NCBI GenBank assembly: GCA_964350905.1
Contig: CAYGMS010000001.1
Location: 1 to 32,555, forward strand
DNA length: 32,555 nt
DNA from: an uncultured Thiobacillus sp.
Lineage (GTDB): Bacteria > Pseudomonadota > Gammaproteobacteria > Burkholderiales > Thiobacillaceae
Direction: 5' to 3'
The notes beneath the pieces are model-generated. The model was not told the origin of the DNA, searched no databases, and worked only from the letters and a program-made list of their open reading frames with translations. Shown here one piece after another: positions 1 through 8,632 of this stretch (its first letter is position 1; every line of letters begins with the position of its first letter). A program made the translations under genes and the position numbers.

Positions 1-21
1 CGGTTTACTTTGATTGATGCG

Positions 22-1158
22 CTACAGCGCATTGCGCATGCGCTCGGCCAGTTGCAGGGCCGTTTCCACATCCGCATCCAGCACGTTGAAATGGCCCATT
101 TTGCGTCCAGTCCGGGCGGTCTGTTTGCCGTACAGGTGCAGCTTGATGTTGGCATGTGCCAGCAGCGTGTTCCAATGCGGTCCGCCATCGTGCCAGCGGT
201 CGCCCAGGATGTTGACCATCGCCACCGGCGATAGCAGGCGAGGATCGCCCAGCGGCAAACCGCATAGCGCGCGCACCTGTTGCTCGAACTGGTCGGTGAC
301 GCAGGCGTCCAGCGTATAGTGCCCCGAGTTGTGCGGGCGCGGCGCGATTTCGTTGATCATCAGCCGGCCGTCAGCGACAAAGAATTCGACTGCCATGACG
401 CCGACATAGCCAAGCTTGTCTGCCACCGCACGGGCCGTGTCGCACGCCTGCTGTGCGAGGCTGCCGGATACGCGGGCTGGGACGATGGTGACATCGAGTA
501 TGCCGTTTTCATGGCGATTTTCGACCACCGGAAACAGGGCGCACTGCCCGGCATCGTCACGTGCCAGCACCACCGATACTTCGCGCTCCAGCTTGACGAA
601 GCCTTCCAGCACGCACGGCTGGCCGCCAAATTCGCGGAATGCGGCGCACGCTTCATCAAGCGACCCGACGCGGATTTGTCCCTTGCCGTCGTACCCCAGG
701 CGCGACACTTTCAGGAGTGCGGGCGTCCCGGTCACGGCCAGCGCGGCTTCGAGGTCGGCTTCGCTGTTGACCAGCGCAAACGGCGCAGTGGCAAATCCGT
801 TGCCCGCCAACCAGGATTTTTCATGGCTGCGGTCCTGCACGATGGCGACAGCTTCAGCACCGGGTGCCACCCGGCAATGGCGTGCAAGTTCGATCAGACT
901 GGCCGCAGGAACATTCTCGAATTCGGTGGTGACGGCAGCGCAGCTTTCGCCCAGTTTTTGCAGCGCAGCGAGATCTGTGTAATCCGCCTGCAGATGCGCG
1001 TCGGCCATCTGACCCGCCGGACTGGCGGCATCCGGATCAAGCACCATGACCTTGTAGCCCATGGTGCGTGCGGCGAGGGTGAACATGCGGCCGAGCTGAC
1101 CACCGCCAAGCATGCCCAGCGTGGCGCCTGGCAGGATGGGCAGCAGCTTATTCGACAT
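22..1158 (-). CDS. purK: N5-carboxyaminoimidazole ribonucleotide synthase (ATP-grasp, bicarbonate-dependent)
   Basis: Motifs [36 protein letters not shown] and RKMGH; lies directly downstream of purE and overlaps it. Confidence 0.97.
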   Translation of the reverse strand: MSNKLLPILPGATLGMLGGGQLGRMFTLAARTMGYKVMVLDPDAASPAGQMADAHLQADYTDLAALQKLGESCAAVTTEFENVPAASLIELARHCRVAPGAEAVAIVQDRSHEKSWLAGNGFATAPFALVNSEADLEAALAVTGTPALLKVSRLGYDGKGQIRVGSLDEACAAFREFGGQPCVLEGFVKLEREVSVVLARDDAGQCALFPVVENRHENGILDVTIVPARVSGSLAQQACDTARAVADKLGYVGVMAVEFFVADGRLMINEIAPRPHNSGHYTLDACVTDQFEQQVRALCGLPLGDPRLLSPVAMVNILGDRWHDGGPHWNTLLAHANIKLHLYGKQTARTGRKMGHFNVLDADVETALQLAERMRNAL

Positions 1159-1645
1159 CGGGTAATTCCATTCCCATTACGGAATCGGCCTGCGTTTTGC
1201 GGAACTCACTGAGCTGCGTGGCCAGCGTGCTGTCGTAACGTGCGATCAGCGCTGCCGCAAACAGTGCCGCGTTGGCGGCACCGGCTTCACCAATGGCAAA
1301 AGTGGCCACCGGGATGCCCTTGGGCATCTGCACGATCGACAGCAGCGAATCCATGCCCTTGAGATATTTCGATGGCACCGGCACGCCAAGCACCGGCACG
1401 ATGGTCTTGGAGGCAATCATGCCGGGCAGATGGGCGGCGCCACCAGCACCCGCGATGATGGCCTTGAGGCCACGTGCTTCGGCGCTGGCAGCGTATTCGT
1501 AGAGCAGGTCCGGCGTGCGGTGCGCAGACACCACCTGGGTCTCGAAGTGGACGCCCAGCTGCTTCAGCAGTATCGCCGCGTGTTTCATCACCTCCCAGTC
1601 GCTGGAAGACCCCATCACCACTCCCACCTGAGGCGCGTTCATCAT
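1148..1645 (-). CDS. purE: N5-CAIR mutase (class I PurE)
   Basis: Motifs [44 protein letters not shown]; paired with purK. Start could be 1645 or 1642. Confidence 0.97.
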   Translation of the reverse strand: MMNAPQVGVVMGSSSDWEVMKHAAILLKQLGVHFETQVVSAHRTPDLLYEYAASAEARGLKAIIAGAGGAAHLPGMIASKTIVPVLGVPVPSKYLKGMDSLLSIVQMPKGIPVATFAIGEAGAANAALFAAALIARYDSTLATQLSEFRKTQADSVMGMELPDVE

Positions 1646-1803
1646 GCCGATCCTTGTAATGCGAAAGGCGGCATTTTAGCAGGCTGTTCGGATGCAGATT
1701 CTCTGATAATAGGTTGCCTTTGGTTTTAGATGACCACCATTCAGGACGTCATCGCGACGGCGGCAATTGTGTCGTTTGCCGTACTGCATCTGTACGGTGG
1801 ATG

Positions 1804-1831
1804 AAAAAAGCCCCGGCAGGCGGGGCTTTTT
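1804..1831. terminator. Intrinsic terminator, potentially bidirectional; positioned to end the tusE/dsrC-like transcript (- strand)
   Basis: AAAAAAGCCCCG-GCAGG-CGGGGCTTTTT: GC stem flanked by A and T runs, about 65 bp downstream of the - strand stop at 1896. Confidence 0.8.
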
Positions 1832-1860
1832 AACAAAGTGGGTTGGCTTACCCGCAAGGG

Positions 1861-1889
1861 GTAGGTTGTTGACGCTGACGCGTCAACAA
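1861..1889. repeat. REP-like palindrome (GTAG followed by a 10-bp perfect inverted repeat)
   Basis: GTAGG TTGTTGACGC-TGAC-GCGTCAACAA; a GTAG tetranucleotide before a palindrome is typical of REP elements. Confidence 0.5.
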
Positions 1890-1895
1890 TCATGC

Positions 1896-2228
1896 TCATA
1901 CGCAACCGGTCGGCTTCGGGGTGCCAGCGTAACGACCAGCCTGCTTGGCGGGGCCAAACGGGAACAGTTCGAACAGAAATTTCTTGTCGCCCCATTCGTC
2001 GCCATATTCTTCCTTCAGGCCTTTTTGCAGGAAGCGCAGGTTGGGTGCCGTTCCGTTCTGAGCGAACTGGTCGCGCATGTGACGAATAATTTTCCAGTGG
2101 TTTTCGCCAAGCTCCAGGTTGTCATCCTTGGCCAGCACGGCGGCCAGCTCTTCGGACCAGTCGTCCAGGTTGACCAGATAGCCTTCGGGGTCGGTCTCGA
2201 CCATTTTGCCGTTGATTTCACGTTCCAT
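1896..2228 (-). CDS. DsrC/TusE-family sulfur relay protein with only the C-terminal Cys
   Basis: TDPEGYLVNLDDWSEE...HWKII...LFPFGPAKQAGRYAGTPKPTGCV; the CysB position of the DsrC C-X10-C motif is Gly. Confidence 0.9.
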   Translation of the reverse strand: MEREINGKMVETDPEGYLVNLDDWSEELAAVLAKDDNLELGENHWKIIRHMRDQFAQNGTAPNLRFLQKGLKEEYGDEWGDKKFLFELFPFGPAKQAGRYAGTPKPTGCV

Positions 2229-2267
2229 GATGTTGTCCTTGTACTGAGTTAAAAATAGCTAGGACGA

Positions 2268-2296
2268 ACCATATAATAACCAAGTAAATTAGTCAA
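2268..2296 (-). promoter_or_regulatory. Putative sigma-70 promoter for the dsrC/tusE-like gene
   Basis: Minus strand reads TTGACT-N17-TATGGT about 40 bp upstream of the start codon. Confidence 0.5.
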
Positions 2297-2410
2297 CTAT
2301 TCAGGATGAAAGGGTCCTTTTATTTGGGGCAATCCACCCTCGTCCATGAAGCGTGCAATCAGCCAGGGGTGGGCGATGCGGTCAGTTTCGGGTGGTCGCA
2401 TGGCCGCACT

Positions 2411-2785
2411 TTATTTCGTCGCAAGTTTTCCGCCAGCCGCCTTCCAGGCCTCGATACCGCCCTCGATATAGCGGGCTTTCACGCCCTCGGCCTGCAGGCG
2501 ATCCACCACACTATTCGATACGCTGCCGCCACGTACACAGTAGATCACCACGTCCAGGGTGCGCGGCAGGGCGCCAAACCAGACATCGATTTTTTCCGGG
2601 TTTTTCCATAGCGCACCGGGGATAATTTCATCGGACGCAGCGTAGTCAGCCTCGCACCGTACATCGAATACCAGAGTGGTGTCTGGATCAAGTTCAGATG
2701 CCTTGATGGTGCGGGGTGCATCCGGACACTTATCGGTCGGGTTGGCGCATTTGCAGCGCTTCAGGGGTTGGGGTGTGGGTTCCAT
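2411..2785 (-). CDS. Single-domain rhodanese (sulfurtransferase) with Cys-rich N-terminal extension
   Basis: FDVR, IPGA, VVIYCVRGGSVS (active-site loop Cys) and YIEGGIEAW; N-terminus contains CKC-X6-C. Confidence 0.85.
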   Translation of the reverse strand: MEPTPQPLKRCKCANPTDKCPDAPRTIKASELDPDTTLVFDVRCEADYAASDEIIPGALWKNPEKIDVWFGALPRTLDVVIYCVRGGSVSNSVVDRLQAEGVKARYIEGGIEAWKAAGGKLATK

Positions 2786-2915
2786 ATTGTTTGTCTGTCA
2801 GTTTAACTGTCGGGGGCGTTGCGGGATTGAAGAGAGAAGCGCCGGCAAGTCGTTCGCCAGGCGTGACTACCCTTGTTTCGTTTATTGGCGCCAGCGAGTA
2901 TGCATCAAGATGGAT

Positions 2916-4061
2916 TCAGAGTTGGATCTGTACCTTGGATGCTTGGCTCATGAGTTCGATAGACTCATCAAAACTGATCTGGTTCGTATTGTCTGCGGGC
3001 ATGCTGGCCAGCGTTTCCAGCAGCTCTTCCTGCTCCAGAATTTGGCGGGTGCCGTCGGCCAGGTGCAGGTAAGCGGCCCAGGGTACGAACTGGGTCAACG
3101 GGAAGTGAGTCTGGTCGGTTGGGGACATATCGATATTGATGCCGGATACGAACAGCATGTTTTTATCGAGCATGGCGGGATTGTGGGCCAGGCTACGATA
3201 GGTACGATCGAACTCGGCCTGGGTGTTGATGCAGGCAGCCGTCAGTAAAGGGTGCTTCGCGCTGACAATCCAGGGCATGGGTGCCAGCAGGTTGCGTTCA
3301 AGCTGATCCTGGAATGGATCGTGATTGGTGAAAATGTGTTTGAAGTAAAAGTCTTCTGGGGCGAGTCTGCCACCTATTTCGACGCTGCCATATGCGGGCC
3401 ATGAGGTTTCACCCAGGCGCTCAATCAGCGCAGCTGCGGCGGGCAAGGCATAGGCTGTGCTGAGCGTGTTGAGGGTATGAAACTTGCCTGCAGCATCATG
3501 CTGCACCAGGCGCTCAAGATTGAGAAACAGTCCTTGTTTACGTTCGGTGTTAAGCAACATGTTGTCGATCAGCACGACAGGCTGCCCATCGCATCGTGTC
3601 AGGCGAACATTTTCCCGGGCATAGCGATATTCGGAGCGATACCATTCGAGAATGTGGCCGATTTTGCCGCAACTGCAACTATTGTGGCCGTTCTCCGTAT
3701 GCAGGCGGCGGTATACGCCGAACTCGTGCGTGTCCGGATCGTGGCCGACATGACTGGATTGCAGCAGCATCAGGTCTTTGCCGTGGTCTGCGTGCGGGCC
3801 GTGACGATCGACCGATACGATTCCACCCACGCGACCGTGATTGAAGGGGAAGACACCAAAGTGCTTGGCGAGCAGGATGATGGGCACGCCTTGGCTTTCA
3901 TCGGAGCAAAAGGCTCGCGAGGGCATGATCCTGCCGCGGGTAAAACCTAGCTTGAGGCACCAGTTATAGAGCTTCGGCGCGAAAGTGCTGTAACACAGTG
4001 CCTGATTCTCGATGCGGAAAGATTGCAGCGCGCGGGTGATGCCGGAAGGATTGGAAAACAT
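2916..4061 (-). CDS. LCIB/LCIC-like (theta-class, beta-CA fold) carbonic anhydrase homologue
   Basis: GFT...C52-S-D54-E55, FG..F..G..GG, H104-V-G, G..RR....S-C-S-C131-G and C-terminal SGINID...YL..ADG match my recollection of the LCIB motif order, with Cys/His/Cys zinc ligands. No obvious signal peptide. Confidence 0.7.
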   Translation of the reverse strand: MFSNPSGITRALQSFRIENQALCYSTFAPKLYNWCLKLGFTRGRIMPSRAFCSDESQGVPIILLAKHFGVFPFNHGRVGGIVSVDRHGPHADHGKDLMLLQSSHVGHDPDTHEFGVYRRLHTENGHNSCSCGKIGHILEWYRSEYRYARENVRLTRCDGQPVVLIDNMLLNTERKQGLFLNLERLVQHDAAGKFHTLNTLSTAYALPAAAALIERLGETSWPAYGSVEIGGRLAPEDFYFKHIFTNHDPFQDQLERNLLAPMPWIVSAKHPLLTAACINTQAEFDRTYRSLAHNPAMLDKNMLFVSGINIDMSPTDQTHFPLTQFVPWAAYLHLADGTRQILEQEELLETLASMPADNTNQISFDESIELMSQASKVQIQL

Positions 4062-4094
4062 GCTTGTAGGGCCGGGAAGGTGATTAGAGTTTCC

Positions 4095-4113
4095 TGATAT
4101 AATAACAAGTTAT
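4095..4113 (+). promoter_or_regulatory. Extended -10 promoter for sulP with an overlapping small inverted repeat
   Basis: TG-A-TATAAT at 4095-4103; ATAAC-AA-GTTAT at 4102-4113, in the ~100-bp divergent gap between the LCIB-like gene and sulP. Confidence 0.5.
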
Positions 4114-4161
4114 CCTTATTTCACCCTGCGCCTTGCGCGGTTTTCCGTCCTGTTTGTGGCC

Positions 4162-6306
4162 ATGAAATTACAGTTCGATCGCTTTTCCCGTTTTCTGCCA
4201 TTTTTGAGCTGGTTTCCGCTGACATCGGATACGGTCAAGATCAACTTCCTGGCAGGCCTGACCGTTGCCCTGGTGCTGATTCCGCAATCGATGGCGTATG
4301 CCCAGCTGGCCGGATTGCCAGCCTATTACGGCTTGTATGCGGCGTTTTTGCCGGTGGCGATCGGGGCCATGTTCGGTTCGTCGAACCAGTTGGCTACCGG
4401 CCCGGTGGCGGTGGTTTCCCTGTTGACCGCATCTGCGCTGGCAACGCTGGCAGCGCCTGGCAGCGATCAATTCATCGCGCTGGCCATCATGTTGACCTTG
4501 CTGGTGGGGTTGATCCAGTTGGCGCTGGGCGTGTTCAAGCTGGGTGTCATTGTCAACTTTCTTTCGCATCCGGTGATCGTCGGGTTTACCAACGCGGCAG
4601 CCATCATTATTGCCCTGTCACAGTTGTCGAAACTTCTCGGCGTTTCGATGGCGCGCAGCGAATCGTTTATCAACGATATTCTGGGCGTAATCAGGCAGAT
4701 GGGCGACACACACTGGCCGACGCTGGCAATGGGTTTGGGCGCAATGACGCTGATGTGGGGGCTGAAGCGATATGCACCCAGGATGCCGGGTGTGCTGGTG
4801 GCCGTCATGTTGACCACAATTATTTCATGGGCGATCGGATTTGAGCAGAACTCAAAAGGCTCGGTGGCTCATTTGGCTGACGCTGAGCTTCGCACGCAGG
4901 TCGATAAAGTGGCGGTTGCGGTGGCGGAGGTGGATCGCCTGAATGCCGAAATTGCGGCAAAAAATGCTGCGCTCAACTCGGCCGTCAAGGAAAGTGGGCA
5001 TGAGAGCATTGGGGCGGTGAAGCTCGAGGCTGAAGTGGCGCTGACGCGCCTGGCTTTGGCCAAGGCAGAGGGCGTGTCGGGCGATGAGCGTAAGACCATG
5101 CGCCGCATTCTCGTTGTGCGGCAGATTGATGAAAAGGGCAATACTGTCGCGATTTACCCAGCGGGCAAAGCACCTGCGGGGGTCAAGCTGGACACAGCCA
5201 ACTACCGGATCCGTAAAGTTACACGGGATGGTGAGTTCAAGTTGATTGGAGGCGGTGAAGTGGTGGGAACCGTTCCGGAAGGTTTGCCGCCCATTTCCGC
5301 TCCAACCCTGGATATGGACAAACTGGTCGCGTTGTTGTCGGCGGCATTGGTGATTTCGCTGGTGGGCTTCATGGAGGCGATTTCGATTGCCAAGGCGGTT
5401 GCCTCAAAAACCAAGCAGCGTCTGGACCCGAATCAGGAACTGATTGGCCAGGGTATGGCGAATATCGTAGGTAGTTTCTCGCAGGCCTATCCATCCTCGG
5501 GCTCATTTTCGCGTACGGCAGTGAACGCCAACATGGGCGCAACCTCGGGGCTGTCGTCGGTGTTTACCTCGGTAATCGTGCTGGTCACGTTACTGTTCTT
5601 GACACCGTTGCTGTATCACCTGCCACAGGCTGTTCTGGCTGCCATCATCATCATGGCGGTGGGTGGCCTGGTGAATGTTCAGGCCATCAAGCATGCCTGG
5701 AAAACGCACAAGCATGACGGGATCGCTGCCGTTGTGACGTTTGCTGCGACGTTGTTGTATGCGCCTCATCTGGATAACGGCATCATGGTTGGCGCGGGGT
5801 TGGCCATCGTGCTGTTCCTGTACCGCACCATGAAGCCTCGGGTAGCCTTGCTGGGGCGCTACACGGATGGCACATTGCGTGACATCAAGGTCAATCCGGG
5901 CATGCCTACCAGCGAGCACGTCATGGCTTTACGTTATGACGGTTCGTTGTATTTTGCGAACGTGTCCTATTTTGAGGATGCTGTACTGGAAGGGTTGGCC
6001 GAGCGGCCCAATGCGAAATATGTCCTGATTGTGGGTGACGCCATCAATCAGCTCGATGCATCGGGCGAGGAGGTGGTGCATCACCTGATCGAACGCCTCA
6101 AGGCAGCAGGCATTACCTTGGTATTCTCGGGCTTGAAAAAGCAGGTGTTGGATGTGATGCGCAATACCGGCCTGTTTGATCTGATTGGTCAGGACAACAT
6201 CTTCTCGACCGAAGGCCTGGCGATTACCGCAATTTATGAGCGTCTGGGTGATGCAGCCAAGGACGATTTGTTCTGCCCGGTAAAGCCAAAACCGGCTGCA
6301 GCCTGA
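4162..6306 (+). CDS. sulP: SulP/SLC26 anion (likely bicarbonate or sulfate) transporter with STAS domain and large loop insertion
   Basis: AGLTVALVLIPQSMAYAQLAGLP, GPVAVVSL, NQELIGQGMAN, SGSFSRTAVN; C-terminal STAS (LYFAN...LDASG). ATG at 4162; the ORF extends to GTG 4156. Confidence 0.93.
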   Translation: MKLQFDRFSRFLPFLSWFPLTSDTVKINFLAGLTVALVLIPQSMAYAQLAGLPAYYGLYAAFLPVAIGAMFGSSNQLATGPVAVVSLLTASALATLAAPGSDQFIALAIMLTLLVGLIQLALGVFKLGVIVNFLSHPVIVGFTNAAAIIIALSQLSKLLGVSMARSESFINDILGVIRQMGDTHWPTLAMGLGAMTLMWGLKRYAPRMPGVLVAVMLTTIISWAIGFEQNSKGSVAHLADAELRTQVDKVAVAVAEVDRLNAEIAAKNAALNSAVKESGHESIGAVKLEAEVALTRLALAKAEGVSGDERKTMRRILVVRQIDEKGNTVAIYPAGKAPAGVKLDTANYRIRKVTRDGEFKLIGGGEVVGTVPEGLPPISAPTLDMDKLVALLSAALVISLVGFMEAISIAKAVASKTKQRLDPNQELIGQGMANIVGSFSQAYPSSGSFSRTAVNANMGATSGLSSVFTSVIVLVTLLFLTPLLYHLPQAVLAAIIIMAVGGLVNVQAIKHAWKTHKHDGIAAVVTFAATLLYAPHLDNGIMVGAGLAIVLFLYRTMKPRVALLGRYTDGTLRDIKVNPGMPTSEHVMALRYDGSLYFANVSYFEDAVLEGLAERPNAKYVLIVGDAINQLDASGEEVVHHLIERLKAAGITLVFSGLKKQVLDVMRNTGLFDLIGQDNIFSTEGLAITAIYERLGDAAKDDLFCPVKPKPAAA

Positions 6307-6318
6307 TCGGAGCCCCCC

Positions 6319-7143
6319 TTGGAAATCAATTCCATAACCAAAAAACTGCTGTTCAACACCATTCGCGTTGATACGGTGCTGGATGATGGCAGCGAGGGTT
6401 CGGGTACGGCCTTCGTGTTCAGTCACTCATCGAGCAGCGGGATGCATACTTTTGTCGTCACCAACCGGCATTTGGTAGAAGGTGTGCGTAGCGGCGGTTT
6501 GGTGTTTACCCAGAAAAAACACGGCCAGCCGGCCCTGGGTGAACGCTTCCAAATCAATATCAACGATTTTTCACACGCATGGTTTCTGCATCCGGATTCC
6601 GAGGTGGACATCGCTATTATCCCGTTGCGTCCGCTGGAACAGGCGGCACGTGACCAGGGTGTTGAACTGTACTATCACGCAATCGATAGCCATTTGGCGC
6701 CCGATGCCGCCGCCTTGCGTGCGCTTGATGCGATGGAGCAGGTGATTTTCATCGGCTACCCCAGCGGAGTGTGGGATCAGATCAACCTGATGCCGATCAT
6801 GCGCCGTGGCACCACGGCCACACCAATGGAACTGAATTTCGAAGGCCGTCCGGAGTTTCTGATTGATGCGGCGGTCTACCCCGGCTCCAGCGGCAGCCCG
6901 GTGTTCGTTTATCAGCCGGACGCCCTGCGCCCGGCGCAATCCGGCGGCGGCAAAAAGTTCCTCTTCGCCGGCGTGGTCGCGGCGGTGTTCTTCCGCGAAG
7001 AAGCCAATCAGCTGGTGCCGCTTCCGGTGCCCGCCAACAATCAGCCCATGGTGATGGGGTCGGAAATGATCGATCTGGGTCTGGTTATCAAGGCGGATGC
7101 GGTCATGGCGGCCGTCCATGCCTATCTGCGCGAAGCCTCCTGA
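6319..7143 (+). CDS. Trypsin-like (S1) serine protease, single domain, no signal peptide or PDZ seen
   Basis: GSGTAF, VTNRHLV (His), VDIAII (Asp), DAAVYPGSSGSPV (Ser); TTG start with upstream GGAG, 12 bp after the sulP stop. Confidence 0.85.
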   Translation: MEINSITKKLLFNTIRVDTVLDDGSEGSGTAFVFSHSSSSGMHTFVVTNRHLVEGVRSGGLVFTQKKHGQPALGERFQININDFSHAWFLHPDSEVDIAIIPLRPLEQAARDQGVELYYHAIDSHLAPDAAALRALDAMEQVIFIGYPSGVWDQINLMPIMRRGTTATPMELNFEGRPEFLIDAAVYPGSSGSPVFVYQPDALRPAQSGGGKKFLFAGVVAAVFFREEANQLVPLPVPANNQPMVMGSEMIDLGLVIKADAVMAAVHAYLREAS

Positions 7144-7160
7144 CGCGCCCGGCTATAACC

Positions 7161-7227
7161 CATAACCAAACCTGATGATTCCTGTCATCAACATTCATTG
7201 TTAATGATGGATGGTTTTATTTAAAGT
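7161..7227 (+). promoter_or_regulatory. Putative CbbR operator and promoter upstream of sbtA
   Basis: CATAA-N7-TGATG (TNA-N7-TNA LysR/CbbR box) at 7161-7177, then TTGTTA-N18-TAAAGT; same spacing as the cbbL promoter. Confidence 0.7.
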
Positions 7228-7321
7228 GGCGGTGAACTGTTGCCGGAACGGCAGTAAAAACAGACCGATATTTTAAATATGGCGCGCGCCCGGGACCCGG
7301 GGCGAGCGCGGGGGAGCTGCG

Positions 7322-8302
7322 ATGGATGTAAGCAATCTGCTGATACCTGCGGTGCTGTTTTTTGCCCTGGGGTTTCTGGCGCAAGGGGTCAAATCCGATC
7401 TCAAATTCCCTCCTGAATTTGCCAAGGCACTGTCCATCTACCTGCTGATTGGTATTGGCCTGAAGGGGGGCATTGAGCTTGCTCATGCGAATCTGGCTGC
7501 AGCTGCTGAAGCGGTGATGGCTGCATTGGTTCTGGGTTTTGTGCTGCCGATCGTGGCTTACGCCATCCTGCTGGCCGGTCGTCTCGACAAGCTCAATGCC
7601 TCGGCCATCGCTGCGCACTATGGCTCGGTCAGCGCGGGGACCTTTCTTACGGCGATAGCCTATCTCAACGCGCAAAATATCGAGTACGAGACGTATCCGG
7701 TCATCATGCTGGCGATCATGGAATCGCCAGCCATTATTGTCGGCCTCCTGCTGGCGCGTTTTTCGCGAGGTAGTCGTGGAACGGGCGAGGAGAATGCACG
7801 CGAAAACCACATGGGCGAACTGCTGCGCGACGCGTTTACCAATGGCAGCGTGATTTTGTTGTTTGGCGGCATGGTCATTGGTTTTGTCGTCAAACCGGAA
7901 TCGCTTGCCACGATCACGCCCTTCTTCGGCATGATGTTCATGGGCGCGCTCTCGTTGTTTTTGCTGGAAATGGGCATGGAGGCCGGCAAGCGCATCGGTG
8001 AATTCAAGCGCATCGGCTGGTTTCTGGTGGCATTTGGCGTACTGATGCCCTTGATTGGCGGTGCGGCCGGGCTACTGGTCGGTCACTATTGGCTGGAGTT
8101 CGGGGTGGGTGGCGTATTGCTGGTGGCCGTGTTGGGCGCTTCGGCGTCTTATATCGCGGTGCCGCCGGCAATGCGTCTGGCCATTCCGGAGGCTAACCCG
8201 TCCTATTATTTAACGCTATCGCTCGGGGTGACGTTTCCGTTCAACTTGATTGTTGGCATCCCGATTTACCATTATTTTGCAGCCCGTCTGGCGGGTGTGT
8301 GA
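7322..8302 (+). CDS. sbtA: Sodium-dependent bicarbonate transporter SbtA
   Basis: Very hydrophobic; SIYLLIGIGLKGG, AIAAHYGSVSAGTF, MESPAI, FLLEMG, SASYIAVPPAMRLAIPEANP, GVTFPFN; followed by a PII-like gene. Confidence 0.93.
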   Translation: MDVSNLLIPAVLFFALGFLAQGVKSDLKFPPEFAKALSIYLLIGIGLKGGIELAHANLAAAAEAVMAALVLGFVLPIVAYAILLAGRLDKLNASAIAAHYGSVSAGTFLTAIAYLNAQNIEYETYPVIMLAIMESPAIIVGLLLARFSRGSRGTGEENARENHMGELLRDAFTNGSVILLFGGMVIGFVVKPESLATITPFFGMMFMGALSLFLLEMGMEAGKRIGEFKRIGWFLVAFGVLMPLIGGAAGLLVGHYWLEFGVGGVLLVAVLGASASYIAVPPAMRLAIPEANPSYYLTLSLGVTFPFNLIVGIPIYHYFAARLAGV

Positions 8303-8314
8303 ACAGGATCCGAC

Positions 8315-8626
8315 ATGCCTCAATTTCACGCCATGAAGCTCATCAATATTGTCGCCAACGCAGCTCTGGAAGAGCGGTTGATTAATATTGCCGAGGCACA
8401 TGGCACCTCAGGCTATACGATACTGGAGGCCCGTGGTGCAGGCAGTGCGGGCTTGCAGACCGGCGCGCTGGAAGGGGGAAGCAATATCCTGTTCATGCTT
8501 ATCATTAGCGCGTCCAGGCTGGACGAAATGATGGTTGATATTGAAAAACTGATGAAGCGTGGGCACCACTTGGCATGCTTTGTATCGGATACCCAGGTGA
8601 TGCGCCGCGAGAAATATGAGCATTGA
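8315..8626 (+). CDS. sbtB: PII-like regulator SbtB
   Basis: 103 aa; MKLINIV...GTSGYTILEARGAGS...SN...VSDTQVMRREKY; immediately downstream of sbtA. Confidence 0.88.
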   Translation: MPQFHAMKLINIVANAALEERLINIAEAHGTSGYTILEARGAGSAGLQTGALEGGSNILFMLIISASRLDEMMVDIEKLMKRGHHLACFVSDTQVMRREKYEH

Positions 8627-8632
8627 GGTGAA

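Noticed and set aside
280..1212. 310-aa plus-strand ORF
   Set aside because: Antisense shadow of purK.
1700..1895. Possible tRNA or known ncRNA in the purE-tusE gap
   Set aside because: No cloverleaf or recognisable family signature; only isolated hairpins.
1896..2228. Calling the sulfur relay protein a true DsrC of reverse dissimilatory sulfite reduction
   Set aside because: It lacks the second conserved Cys and no dsr genes are adjacent.
2271..4110. Shared ATATAATAAC(C)AAGT string at 2271 and 4097
   Set aside because: Only two copies, both within AT-rich -10 regions; cannot be separated from chance without a genome-wide test.
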